From positions 1 through 64,000 of the forward strand of contig JAHPZA010000003.1 in NCBI GenBank assembly GCA_019058445.1: DNA of 64,000 nucleotides, given 5' to 3'. The notes under the pieces were generated by a model that saw only the letters and a program-made list of their open reading frames with translations, did no database searches and had not been told where the DNA came from. Position numbers and translations under genes: made by a program. Below, in pieces: positions 8,373 through 19,137 of the stretch. This DNA is from Promethearchaeota archaeon. GTDB taxonomy: Archaea; Asgardarchaeota; Lokiarchaeia; Sigyniarchaeales; SOKP01. Position 1 is the stretch's first letter. Every line of letters starts with the position of its first letter.

Positions 8373-10463
8373 TTAAAGAAATACTGAAAGCAGTCCTGCT
8401 CCATGATTAAATGCTAATAGGAATCCCATAAAGATTGTAGCTGTCAAGGACATTACAACTAATAGTGTATTAATACTTGGTCCTGCAGTGTCTTTGAATG
8501 GGTCTCCAACTGTGTCACCAGTAATAGAAGCTTTATGTGCGTCAGTGCCCTTGCCTCCAAGGTTTCCATCTTCAATGAATTTCTTTGCATTATCCCAACT
8601 GCCTCCGCTATTGCTCATAAATATTGCAAAAACAAAACCAGATAAGATTGCTCCTGCAAGAAAAGCTCCTAATGCAGCTACACCAAACAACGCTCCAACA
8701 GCTAAGGGGATTATTATTGAAATAATGCTTGGGAAAACTAATTCTCGTAAGGCACCTCTCGTAGCAATAGCAATACATTTATTGAAATCTGCTGCTTCTT
8801 CTCCAGTCAATATTTTTGGATTCTCTTCAAATTGCCTTCTAATTTCTCTAACCATCTTGCCAGCATTTCTTTGAACAGATTGGACTAAAAGGGCTGAAAA
8901 TAGCGCAGGTGCAATGACACCGATAAATGCTCCTATTAAAACTTCTATTGAAATTAAGTCAATAAATTCAGTCCCAGCCTCTTCAGCAAAGGAAAACATT
9001 AAAGCTACTACTGTAAGATTTGCAGCACCAATTGCAAATCCTTTGGTTATGGCTTTAGCAGTATTTCCCGCAGAATCTAAACGATCTGCTGTCCGAATAA
9101 CTTCATCTCCCAAATCTCCTTGTTCAGCTATACCTCGCGCATTATCCACTATAGGACCATAAGCATCGTTAGCTACGATAGTCCCAACAATAGCTAACAT
9201 ACCTACAGCAGCCATCCCTACTCCAAAAACTCCATCAAGTATATAAGCAATAGTCATTGCTATAACTAAACCGATTGCGGGAGGAACAACACTGATAAGA
9301 CCATAAGAAAATCCTGAAAGAATGACTACAGCATGTCCTTCTTCAGCTGCCTCAGCAATACTTCTGGTTGGTTTTTTATCATCTCGAGTATAGTAATCGC
9401 TTGTAAATCCGATAATGATTCCGCTCAAAAGGCCTATAACAGTAGCTAAATACACCCTCCACAACCTTATGGCAAAACGAGGATAATCTAACGTCATCAT
9501 ATAAATTATTACAAATCCTAATCCCGCAAATAGTAAGGTTGCGAGGTACGTTCCTGAATTTAATGCTTTACCTGGTTCTTCTGAGCCAAACCATTTAATA
9601 ATGAAAATTCCGGCCAGTGACGCAAATAATCCGATCCCACAAAGAATTATAGGTAGTATTATAAATATAGGTAATGACTCACCGACTATTAGAGCAGTAG
9701 CAAGAATCATTGAAGCAACAATAGAGGCTACATATGAGTCAAATAAATCACTACCCATACCGGCAATATCTCCTACATTATCCCCTACATTATCGGCAAT
9801 CGTTGCAGGATTTCGTGGATCGTCTTCGGGAAGGTCATATTCGGCCTTTCCGACTAAGTCTGCTCCAACATCGGCAGTTTTTGTATATATACCTCCACCA
9901 CATTTCATAAATAGAGCTACGCTACTCGCTCCAAAACTAAATCCTAAAACTACGAATGGTGAAAGGAAAATCATATATACTAACGAAACACCTATTAAAG
10001 CAACGCCCACAACTGCGAGTCCCATTACACAACCTCCGAGAAATGCTACATTAAAGCCTTCCTTCGTTCCAATAGTACATCCTTGTGCGGATCTTGTATT
10101 TGCTTTAACACCAACTTGCATTCCTAAATATCCAGCCCACATTGATGCAATTGAACCGATTATATAAACGAGACTTTGTTCCCAGTTTAAGAAAACAAAC
10201 ATTCGCTCGCTATTTTCAAGTGGTGAGGGGAGGAATAATAAAGCAGCTGCAATTACAAAAACAAATATAAACAACACTTTATATTGAACCTTAATAAAAG
10301 TTCTTGCACCTGAATCAATATATCCTGAAACCTCTTGCATCCTCTCATTACCAGGATCTGCTTTCATTACTAGATTTCTGAAGTAGATCGCCGCAATTAT
10401 ACTAACAACACCAGCAATTAAAGCAATATATATATAAATTGGTACATCCATATTTTCCATCAA
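8373..10463 (-). CDS. hppA: Membrane-bound pyrophosphatase, predicted K+-independent H+-translocating
   Basis: GGGIYTKTADVGADLVGK, EDDPRN, DNVGDNVGD, GDTVGDPFKDTAGP; GNTAKA has Lys at the K+-dependence site. Confidence 0.95.
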   Translation of the reverse strand: MMENMDVPIYIYIALIAGVVSIIAAIYFRNLVMKADPGNERMQEVSGYIDSGARTFIKVQYKVLFIFVFVIAAALLFLPSPLENSERMFVFLNWEQSLVYIIGSIASMWAGYLGMQVGVKANTRSAQGCTIGTKEGFNVAFLGGCVMGLAVVGVALIGVSLVYMIFLSPFVVLGFSFGASSVALFMKCGGGIYTKTADVGADLVGKAEYDLPEDDPRNPATIADNVGDNVGDIAGMGSDLFDSYVASIVASMILATALIVGESLPIFIILPIILCGIGLFASLAGIFIIKWFGSEEPGKALNSGTYLATLLFAGLGFVIIYMMTLDYPRFAIRLWRVYLATVIGLLSGIIIGFTSDYYTRDDKKPTRSIAEAAEEGHAVVILSGFSYGLISVVPPAIGLVIAMTIAYILDGVFGVGMAAVGMLAIVGTIVANDAYGPIVDNARGIAEQGDLGDEVIRTADRLDSAGNTAKAITKGFAIGAANLTVVALMFSFAEEAGTEFIDLISIEVLIGAFIGVIAPALFSALLVQSVQRNAGKMVREIRRQFEENPKILTGEEAADFNKCIAIATRGALRELVFPSIISIIIPLAVGALFGVAALGAFLAGAILSGFVFAIFMSNSGGSWDNAKKFIEDGNLGGKGTDAHKASITGDTVGDPFKDTAGPSINTLLVVMSLTATIFMGFLLAFNHGAGLLSVFL

Positions 10464-10689
10464 TTCTTTTAATTTTTTGTATAAATTTTTTTACTAAATG
10501 AATAATATTTAAACTATTAGCTTAAGACTTTAAAATATTATCAATTTTTTGATGATGTCATTATTAATGAAGAGTACTCAATTTACTGAAAGGATAATTA
10601 AATTCAATTGATTTTGTTGCATCTAACTGACAAATAATTTACAAAAATGTATTACGTCCCCCTTTTTTTAAAATATCTTTGAGGAAATT

Positions 10690-12270
10690 TTAAAATATCC
10701 AATATAAAGCTCTAAAAAGAGGTCCATATAAATCTATTATAATATATAAGATAAATATGCAATCCCAGAAAAAGGAATATGGAAATATATTCCAAACTAT
10801 AACTTCAGACCAATTAGAAACGTCCTCGTTTATCGCGTCAATTAAAGCAGTTAGTCCATTTTCACCGAAAGAAAATATAAAATAAGATAAATCCCATATT
10901 TCCAATCGAAATGATTTCTCAGGATATCCGAGGACAAGTCGTGCATCGCGAATAGCACAATCTAAACTTTTCCAACAGTGATGATCCTCATCTCTCCACG
11001 CATTTAAAATAATAATATCCCCTTTATTTAAAAACTTGCAGTGATCTAGAATAACATTTTGTCCTAAAGTATTACGTCGATAAACCATATAAGCCATATC
11101 TGCTTTTTCATAAGATAACAATCCAGAGAAAAAGGATAAATCATTATCACCATCTTTAAAATCAAATCCTTGAGATATATCAGTAGTAATTCGAATTTTC
11201 AAATCATACTCATCGCGTATGTAATTATTGAATCTTTTGAACTTCATTTGTATCTCATTATATTCATTTAAATTATCGATTTTTTTAGCATCTAAACCGT
11301 AAAACGGGAATTTGAAATCTGGCAGTACTTCCATATCATATACTAAGGTTGTTATTAAATCCCCTGTTAAATTATGGCATTTTAGAAATTCAAGTACTTC
11401 TTCAATATCATTTTTAAGATGTTCAAAAGTCCACACATTTGTATAGCTTAATTTTATAGGATTTACAGAGACGTGAACTTCAATTCCATGTTCCTTGCAC
11501 CTTAGAAGATTTTTTATAAGCTTGCTATCAAGTTTTTCTACGTTTAAACCATAAACAAAATAGACATTATTTTTTCCTAAAATTTCTAATGTGTGATCAT
11601 GGATATATTCTGGCTCATCAACATTGCCATCATTAAGAGATTGTCCGTAAGTCCATATCCCTATATCTCTATTAGGAGAAGTATTTTTTTGTAGACAATT
11701 ATTAAAGATTTTGAAGTTTTGAACGTATACAGGGTAAGGAATTACCATTAAAGAGATTGAAATCAATAACCAATAGACAAAAACTCGTTTAAATGTTTTA
11801 TTTTTAATTCGCGCATATTTTTCTTTAAAAGACCATTTTTTACTCGAAGTTAACTTAGAATTTTTATTTATAAATGGTCTATAAATAATAATAACAATAA
11901 AATACAATAAACTACCAATACATATCGAAAGTCCAGAAAATATAAAGATAAGATTTCCATTTAAAATATGATTTATTAGGCTGATAAAGAAATTAAGAAT
12001 TATAACCGAGGAACCAATTAAAAAAACTTTTAGAAATCTAATTGGACCTCTCATTGAATCAAAAAGCACATATCTTAAAATTAAACAAATGGAAAACCCT
12101 AAAATGATTATACTAGTTGGAGATAGATAACTTAAGTGGAATAGAAAATAAAGTATGGGTGCGATAAGGAGAAAAATGATGGTATAAAATCTTAGAGCTA
12201 ACAATAGATTCCATTTTCCATCTATCTTTTCTCTGACAGTAAGCTTTGAGTTTTTTATTTTTTGATACAA
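10690..12270 (-). CDS. Membrane-anchored hypothetical protein (about 5 N-terminal TMs, soluble domain, C-terminal TM)
   Basis: 526-aa ORF with hydrophobic ends; the central part has alternating beta/alpha character including LVYDME. Function unclear. Confidence 0.65.
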   Translation of the reverse strand: MYQKIKNSKLTVREKIDGKWNLLLALRFYTIIFLLIAPILYFLFHLSYLSPTSIIILGFSICLILRYVLFDSMRGPIRFLKVFLIGSSVIILNFFISLINHILNGNLIFIFSGLSICIGSLLYFIVIIIYRPFINKNSKLTSSKKWSFKEKYARIKNKTFKRVFVYWLLISISLMVIPYPVYVQNFKIFNNCLQKNTSPNRDIGIWTYGQSLNDGNVDEPEYIHDHTLEILGKNNVYFVYGLNVEKLDSKLIKNLLRCKEHGIEVHVSVNPIKLSYTNVWTFEHLKNDIEEVLEFLKCHNLTGDLITTLVYDMEVLPDFKFPFYGLDAKKIDNLNEYNEIQMKFKRFNNYIRDEYDLKIRITTDISQGFDFKDGDNDLSFFSGLLSYEKADMAYMVYRRNTLGQNVILDHCKFLNKGDIIILNAWRDEDHHCWKSLDCAIRDARLVLGYPEKSFRLEIWDLSYFIFSFGENGLTALIDAINEDVSNWSEVIVWNIFPYSFFWDCIFILYIIIDLYGPLFRALYWIF

Positions 12271-12430
12271 GGTGATATTGAATCGTGGTTAATTCTATAA
12301 ATTAGTTATTATTAGAATAAAAAAATAATCAAGTTAAAAAAGAATAATAATAAATTGGCTCGAAAAACAGCCTGCTATTAGAAAAAGTAATAAAAAAAAG
12401 AGAGTTAATATTTTTTTTATAAACACCGGT

Positions 12431-12862
12431 TTAATGGCTTACTATCATTTTTTTTTTATCATATTCATCTGGACTGCCCCCAGATTCAACAAATTCTACG
12501 AAAATCTTCAAGCTCTTTAAAAGCAGTTCACCAGCTTTTACAAGCATTTTTTCTTGCTTCTCATCCTCAAAATCCGCCCAAAGAGTCACATTACTGGCAG
12601 CACCTTTTTTACTGATAATGTAACCCATTGCACTAAATGGACCTCCATCGACTGACAACGAGATTTTTTCATTTTGTACCGTCTCAGTGCGAGTCGTTAT
12701 TATATCACCTACAGTAGATTTTATAGCATTCTTACCTGGTTCTATTTCCTTGATTTCATTAGCTGTAAGATTCCATTTGACACCAAGGGATGTATCGTCT
12801 ATAATCTCAAATACCCTTTCTACTGAAGCTTCAATATCAATATTTCTTTCAACATGTACCAT
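12431..12862 (-). CDS. SRPBCC (START-like) family protein
   Basis: VERNIDIEASVERVF...KWN; paralogue of 13052 and 18337. Confidence 0.85.
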   Translation of the reverse strand: MVHVERNIDIEASVERVFEIIDDTSLGVKWNLTANEIKEIEPGKNAIKSTVGDIITTRTETVQNEKISLSVDGGPFSAMGYIISKKGAASNVTLWADFEDEKQEKMLVKAGELLLKSLKIFVEFVESGGSPDEYDKKKMIVSH

Positions 12863-13051
12863 AAAATAACCTCCATTAGAATTTCACAAAATAGTTATAC
12901 AACTTTCATTTATATACGTTTGTGTCCAACAGTTTAGACAAATTAGTAAAAATAATATAAACTATTAAAAAAACTAAACACATTCCCTAACAAATCAGTC
13001 TAATATATATAAAAAAAAAGATTGAGTTAAATATTGGGAAAAGTGATAAAT

Positions 13052-13492
13052 TTACGGAGCAATTATTATCTGCTTTTTATCAAATTCTTCTGGATCCCCA
13101 CCTTCTTCGAGATATTCAGCAAAATTTTTAAGACATTCCAGAAGAATTTCAGCTGCTTTTACAAGTATTTTTTCATTTTTTTCATCATCAAATTCTCCCC
13201 AGAGTACAACTTCTGTGTTATCTCCCTTAGGACTTAGTAAATATCCCATAGCGGAAAATATACCACCTTCAATTTTTAATGATAATTTTTCATTTTTAAT
13301 TATTTCCGTTCGAGATAATATAAAATCACCTACAGTAGATTTTACATCGAATTTGCCTTCTGAAGTCTCAGACATTTCATTTACTGCCAAATTCCATCTT
13401 CCTGAATCACCAATATTATCTAAAATATCAAATACTCTTTTCGCAGGAGTATTAATTTCAATTTTTCTTTCTGCTCTTGGAATAAAAATCAC
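13052..13492 (-). CDS. SRPBCC family protein
   Basis: ERKIEINTPAKRVF...RWN...KSTVGD. Probable start is ATT at 13483, because the annotated GTG lies within the GAGGTGA RBS. Confidence 0.85.
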   Translation of the reverse strand: MIFIPRAERKIEINTPAKRVFDILDNIGDSGRWNLAVNEMSETSEGKFDVKSTVGDFILSRTEIIKNEKLSLKIEGGIFSAMGYLLSPKGDNTEVVLWGEFDDEKNEKILVKAAEILLECLKNFAEYLEEGGDPEEFDKKQIIIAP

Positions 13493-13661
13493 CTCTGTTT
13501 GAAATTCATAAATTAGTATTCATCTTAGATTTATATACATTTGTGTGAAAAATCTAAAAATTGGGATGAAGATGTTTTCATAAATTAGGTTAATATGTTT
13601 AAATATTTAGGAATTCAATATTCAATTATTCAAAATAATTACAAAAAAGTATTGTTTAATT

Positions 13662-14987
13662 ATGAATGGAAGCAATGAAAGGACAAAATTTACTATGATA
13701 GTAATCATTATAGCTGCTTTAATCGCTTGGATGCATGATGGTTATTCACTAGTGTTAATCTCAATTCTTGCAAATGATTTAAAGGAGTATTTTGGAGTTG
13801 GAGATGCGGCTATTGGATTAGTAATTTCTTTACAATTTGTGTGTACCGTTCCAGGAGCCATATTATTTGGAGAAATTGGAGACCGTTTTGGACGAAAAAA
13901 AGCTCTTATTATCTCAATTGCTTGGGATGCAACGTTTTCAGCGCTGACTGCGTTTGTTCCGCCAGATGGATTTATACTGTTTTTACTGTTAAGACTTTTA
14001 TCTGGATTAGGAGTTAGCTGGGGCATCTCTTTCTCTCTTATTTCCGAAAATTTTACACCTCAGAAACGAGGTGCTGCCGGAGGTCTAGTAAGTGCTTCAT
14101 TTGTTATTGGGTATATTTCAGCTATTATAGTAGTACTAATAATTTCACCATTAGGATGGCAATATTGCTTTCTTACTGCGTTATTCCCATTACCTCTCCT
14201 AATCCTCTTTTGGTTTGCTTTACCGGAATCAGAGATTTGGTCTGAATATGATGAAATAGCTAAAACCCAAGAAACTAAACAAAAAATAAGAGTTAAGGAA
14301 ATTTTTAGCGGGAAGTGGCTTAAAATAACATTTCTCTTGACTATACTCTTCTGGTTAACCGAGCTTGCCTATCATATGGCAGTAGATTTTGCTCCTGTAT
14401 TTTTAGAATATATTTTTGCTTATCAAGGTGCTGCAAATCCGGGGAACAGTGCATTACTTGTTATGCTAGTTCTAATGGTGGTTGGTGGATCGGTTCTATT
14501 CATTTTTGGCGCTTTAAGTGATTTTATCGGAAGAAAAAAGGCCTTTTATATTGATTCTGTAATAGGGTTGTTTGGTAGTATCTTTTTTGGAGTATTTCTC
14601 TATTTGATCTATAACCACATAATGATTTTAATAGCATGCGTATTGCTAGCTTCGAGTTTTGGGATGATCGGAATATTTGGCGTATGGAGTTCAGAGCTAT
14701 ATGATACTGAATTAAGAGCCTCTGCAAATGGAATCATTTTTTCTATAGCACGTGGATTAAGTTTTGGAGGATTTTTTGTCGGATTAATTTCCGATAGTTT
14801 AAATCCATACAATACGACTGCAGAAAGACTTGCTCATCCTCTAATTTCTGCTCGTGCTTTAGGAGTAGGGATGATGATTAGTTTCTTAGCATTCATAGCC
14901 ATATTAATGATACTTTCATTTGTGCCTGAACCAGTGGATAAAGAAATTACCGCTATGGCAAAACATCAGAAATTTCTGAAGCCTTAA
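13662..14987 (+). CDS. MFS transporter
   Basis: GEIGDRFGRKK, SDFIGRKK, SELYDTELRA. Confidence 0.9.
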   Translation: MNGSNERTKFTMIVIIIAALIAWMHDGYSLVLISILANDLKEYFGVGDAAIGLVISLQFVCTVPGAILFGEIGDRFGRKKALIISIAWDATFSALTAFVPPDGFILFLLLRLLSGLGVSWGISFSLISENFTPQKRGAAGGLVSASFVIGYISAIIVVLIISPLGWQYCFLTALFPLPLLILFWFALPESEIWSEYDEIAKTQETKQKIRVKEIFSGKWLKITFLLTILFWLTELAYHMAVDFAPVFLEYIFAYQGAANPGNSALLVMLVLMVVGGSVLFIFGALSDFIGRKKAFYIDSVIGLFGSIFFGVFLYLIYNHIMILIACVLLASSFGMIGIFGVWSSELYDTELRASANGIIFSIARGLSFGGFFVGLISDSLNPYNTTAERLAHPLISARALGVGMMISFLAFIAILMILSFVPEPVDKEITAMAKHQKFLKP

Positions 14988-15066
14988 ATACTTTTAATCT
15001 CAATTTTTTTTTTTAATTATCATCTTTATGAGATATAAAAAAAAGTAAATTCAACTTACGCTGAAT

Positions 15067-16620
15067 TTATGTACCAGCTTGCCTTTCAGGAAACCTACTT
15101 TGAATTTTAAGATCCTCATGAAGTAAATCTTCAATTAATTTATATTTTAAGTCCTTAGTATTTTCATCAAACCATAGATTATTAAGCTCGTCAGGATCAT
15201 TTTTCCGATCGAAAAGATCACCATAACCCTTAACTCCTTCATAAATTGTTAATTTATAAGTTTTGGTAATATAGTGGAGCAGCCTAGCATAGAGAGGTCC
15301 TTTAGGGCCGACTTCTTCATCATGGACTATTAAACAGCAATCTCTTACTTGTTTATCGGGATTATCAGGTTCCTTTAAAACAGGTGTCATATCATATCCC
15401 TGCATATTTGGTGGTTGGTGCCTTTCTTTTAAACCTAAGAGTGTTAGAATTGTTTTTGATAAATCAATAGTACTCACTAATGCATCTGTGACTCCTGGTT
15501 TAGTTATTTCTGGCACTTTCCAAATCAAAGGAACTTGTAAAACTCCGTTAAAAGGAGCTGGCCCTTTTAAAAGCATTCCATGATCTCCCATGAAATCACC
15601 ATGGTCACTTGTGAAAATTATCATCGTATTCTCTGCTAGACCTAATTGTTCTAATGATGCTAAAATTTGTCCAATACTATGATCAATACAAGTTTCAGAA
15701 CCATAGTTTAAGGCAGTGAACTTACGAACTTCTTCTTCCGTTGATTCACGCAATAGAGCTCCCCTAAAAGGTGGTTGCTTTAAATGAGGTCCTAAGAATG
15801 GATGATCATATAGATTTTTAATATTATCAAAGCTTTTGGGAAGCTCTATATCATCCGGACTATACATATCTCGGTATTTTCCGGGAGGACACACAGGGTG
15901 ATGAGGATCTGGAAATGAGCAATGTAAGAAAAAAGGTTTTTCACCATATTCTCCCTTAGAATATCGTTCTAAAAACGCAATTGTGCGTTCCTCAACATAT
16001 TTTGTATTATAATGTTCTTCTGGAATAAAACTATCACAAAATAAAGCAAAGAATGTATCTACGTGGAAAATCTCTCTCACTCTTTTTGCAAGATCTGGAG
16101 CTCTTTCATCAAGCCAGTCATCAAGATAATGCCCTAAACAAAGATTACCATGTCCTGCTATCATCTCTACTTCTCGAAACCCATAGTATGGAATAGGAAA
16201 ATTCTCTTTTACTGGATTATCACCAGCTTTATCTGCTAGCCAAGCTTCAAAAGATTCTGATGATTTTGGTAATAGTTTATAAGGTGGCAGCCAAAAATTA
16301 AAATGAGGTTTTCCCACATTAATGGTATGGTATCCTCTTTTATACAGGGCTTCGGTTATGGTTGCTAAATCAGTAGGTAAATTAATTCCATTACTTCTAA
16401 CACCATGTACGTTTGGATATAGTCCCGTAAGAAACGTTGATCTATTAGGCATGCACATCGGATTAGTACAAAACGCATTTGTAAATCTCACTCCTTCACT
16501 TGCTAGTTTATCGAGATTGGGTGTCTTTACAATTGGATTTCCATAACATCCCAGATGGTCGGCACGAAATTGATCCGTAATGATAAATAATACATTCATT
16601 TTTTTTTTCATAATTATCAA
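15067..16620 (-). CDS. Cys-type sulfatase
   Basis: ITDQFR, CMPNR (CxPxR), LTGLYP, GKPH, DPHHP, SDHGD. Confidence 0.95.
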   Translation of the reverse strand: MIIMKKKMNVLFIITDQFRADHLGCYGNPIVKTPNLDKLASEGVRFTNAFCTNPMCMPNRSTFLTGLYPNVHGVRSNGINLPTDLATITEALYKRGYHTINVGKPHFNFWLPPYKLLPKSSESFEAWLADKAGDNPVKENFPIPYYGFREVEMIAGHGNLCLGHYLDDWLDERAPDLAKRVREIFHVDTFFALFCDSFIPEEHYNTKYVEERTIAFLERYSKGEYGEKPFFLHCSFPDPHHPVCPPGKYRDMYSPDDIELPKSFDNIKNLYDHPFLGPHLKQPPFRGALLRESTEEEVRKFTALNYGSETCIDHSIGQILASLEQLGLAENTMIIFTSDHGDFMGDHGMLLKGPAPFNGVLQVPLIWKVPEITKPGVTDALVSTIDLSKTILTLLGLKERHQPPNMQGYDMTPVLKEPDNPDKQVRDCCLIVHDEEVGPKGPLYARLLHYITKTYKLTIYEGVKGYGDLFDRKNDPDELNNLWFDENTKDLKYKLIEDLLHEDLKIQSRFPERQAGT

Positions 16621-16777
16621 TCTGTAATAATAGGATTTTATTCTTTAATTCATTTATACTTTAGAATTATGATTATTCTTAATTAGGAAAACTTAGAGTA
16701 TAAGATAAATTTTATTTTGTTACCAGTTTGACTCAGCTGTAAGAAATAGAAAAAAAAAGGAAAAAAAAGTATGGTAT

Positions 16778-18154
16778 TTATTTTCTTTGCAATTCTTCTC
16801 TCATTTTTGCTAACTTTTCTCCGTGCAAATCATAAGATCTGAGAAATAATATCGCGATTACAAGAGCTATACTTGGAAATAAGAATAGAAGGAGTTTTAA
16901 GCCAATGATGACATCTACTCCGGGATTTGGATCATAACCCGCCCAGCCAGTACCGGTAAATACCAAGGCAATCGTAGACATCACTAAAATTATAGAAAAT
17001 CGATGAATAAATGCGTTGGTTCCGTAAAAACTTGCAGACCTCTTAACTCCATGTTCTAAATAATCTTCATCAACCACATCGCCCATCAAAATATCAAAAA
17101 AGAATATCGTTCCTGCCATCCCAAATCCTACGATTGCGGTAGCTATCATGCCTAGCATGAGATCTCCTTCTCCAAATAACATAAACGGAACTAATGTAAG
17201 GCTCCATATTCCTAATGATAATATAAACGCATTTCTCATTCCTAATTTCTGACCGATTTTTCTATGAATAGGCATAGTGAGAGCTGCAACTATAAATGTT
17301 AACATCAAAGAAAGCCCGATAAAAAGAGATCCCCTTCCAGCTCCCAATACAAAAATAGCATATAGAGGAAAGATTGTGGTTAACATACTCAAAACATACC
17401 ATGTCATGGTATTACAGATAACGAGTTTTACAAAGGTCTTATTCTTCAACGATAATTTTAAAGACATTAAAAAGGTAGGACGATTTTCGAATTGCTCAGG
17501 GAGTTCTTCTGGTTCTTTTATGCCATATGCGATAAATAGAGCTCCGGTAATTACCGTAATTATAGCAAAAATTATTCCTGCAGTGACATACATTGTTGGA
17601 ATTCTTGCGATTTCTTCAGCTGTGCTAGTCTTCAGAGGTACCAAAGGTGTGATTATTATAGTAGGAAGTACCATAGCAAGTAATATTGCTAATACTGTTA
17701 AGCCCCTTAGAATCAGATTCGCTGAGGCTCTTTCTTGTTCATTCGGCCATTGTTCTGGAAACAATCCTTTAATATTTACATCTACAAGAGTATAGACTAA
17801 TTCAAATAGCATTATAATCATGATGAAATAAAACAATTTATAATCCAATGGTACTGTAAATAAGAATATCATCATTAGCGCTAACGGAACGAGTCCAATA
17901 GTTATGAAAAACTTTCTTTTTCCTAATTTACCATATTTTTTACGATCTGAGAGTGCTCCAAGCATAGGATCGTTAAAGGCATTCCAGAGCCCCCAAATAA
18001 TAAAAACAATCCACATTTGAAAAATAGGAATCCCAACAACAGCAAAATAATACGTAAATACCAAAAATGAAAAAACTTGGTATGTCATTTGGTCTGGGAA
18101 TCCGTTTAAGGCAAAAAACAGCTTAGTTTTAAGAGTTCCTCTTTCTTCACTCAT
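16778..18154 (-). CDS. MFS transporter, GPH/MelB family
   Basis: WNAFNDPMLGALSD, GDVVDED; about 12 TMs. Confidence 0.9.
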   Translation of the reverse strand: MSEERGTLKTKLFFALNGFPDQMTYQVFSFLVFTYYFAVVGIPIFQMWIVFIIWGLWNAFNDPMLGALSDRKKYGKLGKRKFFITIGLVPLALMMIFLFTVPLDYKLFYFIMIIMLFELVYTLVDVNIKGLFPEQWPNEQERASANLILRGLTVLAILLAMVLPTIIITPLVPLKTSTAEEIARIPTMYVTAGIIFAIITVITGALFIAYGIKEPEELPEQFENRPTFLMSLKLSLKNKTFVKLVICNTMTWYVLSMLTTIFPLYAIFVLGAGRGSLFIGLSLMLTFIVAALTMPIHRKIGQKLGMRNAFILSLGIWSLTLVPFMLFGEGDLMLGMIATAIVGFGMAGTIFFFDILMGDVVDEDYLEHGVKRSASFYGTNAFIHRFSIILVMSTIALVFTGTGWAGYDPNPGVDVIIGLKLLLFLFPSIALVIAILFLRSYDLHGEKLAKMREELQRK

Positions 18155-18336
18155 ATTTTTTTACCAGATTGATATAAAATTATGTTTTTAATAGGTAGTT
18201 TTTGGTTTAATTATATTTATAATTATTGAAATAAGAATAAATAAGACGAAATCCAAGATTTTATGCTACTAATTAACTGTTATTGTTGATTTTAAAAAAA
18301 ATGAAAGGATTTAAATTTAGGGTTCTATTTAAGTTG

Positions 18337-18744
18337 CTATTTTTTGTAATCTTCTGGATTTCCTCCTGTTTCTAAAAACTCAGTGTATTTTTTTAAACAT
18401 CCTAAAAACACTTCACCGGCCTTGCCCAACATTTTTTCCATAGAGGCATCATCAAATTCTCCCCATAATGTTGCCTCTGTTCCGTTGCCTTTTGGTTTAA
18501 AAATATAGCCCATTTTTTTCATAGGACCATCTTGTTCGTCAGTAAATTTTTCATAAGGGACGGCTTCAACCCGAACAGATGTTATATCCCCCACTGTTGA
18601 TTTCACAAACCATTTATCCGGTTCAATTTCCGTCATTTCTTTTACTACGATATTCCATTTTGGAAAGCCAGGTCGGTCTTCAATAATTTCATATACTTTT
18701 TTAGGGGGAGCATCTATTTCTATTTTTCTTTCAACTCGTGGCAA
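18337..18744 (-). CDS. SRPBCC family protein
   Basis: VERKIEIDAPPKKVY...KWN...KSTVGD...LWGEFDD. Confidence 0.85.
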   Translation of the reverse strand: MPRVERKIEIDAPPKKVYEIIEDRPGFPKWNIVVKEMTEIEPDKWFVKSTVGDITSVRVEAVPYEKFTDEQDGPMKKMGYIFKPKGNGTEATLWGEFDDASMEKMLGKAGEVFLGCLKKYTEFLETGGNPEDYKK

Positions 18745-18946
18745 ATAATCAACTCCATTCGATTTCTAAGTCTAAATAAAACCTATGTAGATTCATTATA
18801 AAAATCTTACTGACAAAAAAGTATGAAGAACAGGATAAGACTCTAAAAAACAGAAGAAAAAATCTTGAAAAAATAGTTCAAACTCCAAAAACAACTTTAT
18901 ATTACCGTAATATATATTAGCTTAACATTAAGATATGAATAAAAAA

Positions 18947-18968
18947 TCGTGAAATTGGAGTTTCACGA
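18947..18968. promoter_or_regulatory. Inverted repeat TCGTGAAA-N6-TTTCACGA, candidate operator
   Basis: Perfect 8-bp arms in the divergent intergenic region between the SRPBCC gene and coiled-coil gene 1. Confidence 0.45.
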
Positions 18969-19137
18969 AGTTAGTGAATGAAAATAAAATTTTGTGTACT
19001 AAATAGTGAGATAAATTGATAGAGATAGTTTAAATTTTGAATAAAATATCTTTTGTTGAAAAACATTTATAAAAAAAAAAATCAATATATCTAATAGTTC
19101 AATGGGTTTTATGTCGAAACTAGTGAGGTGAAAAGTT

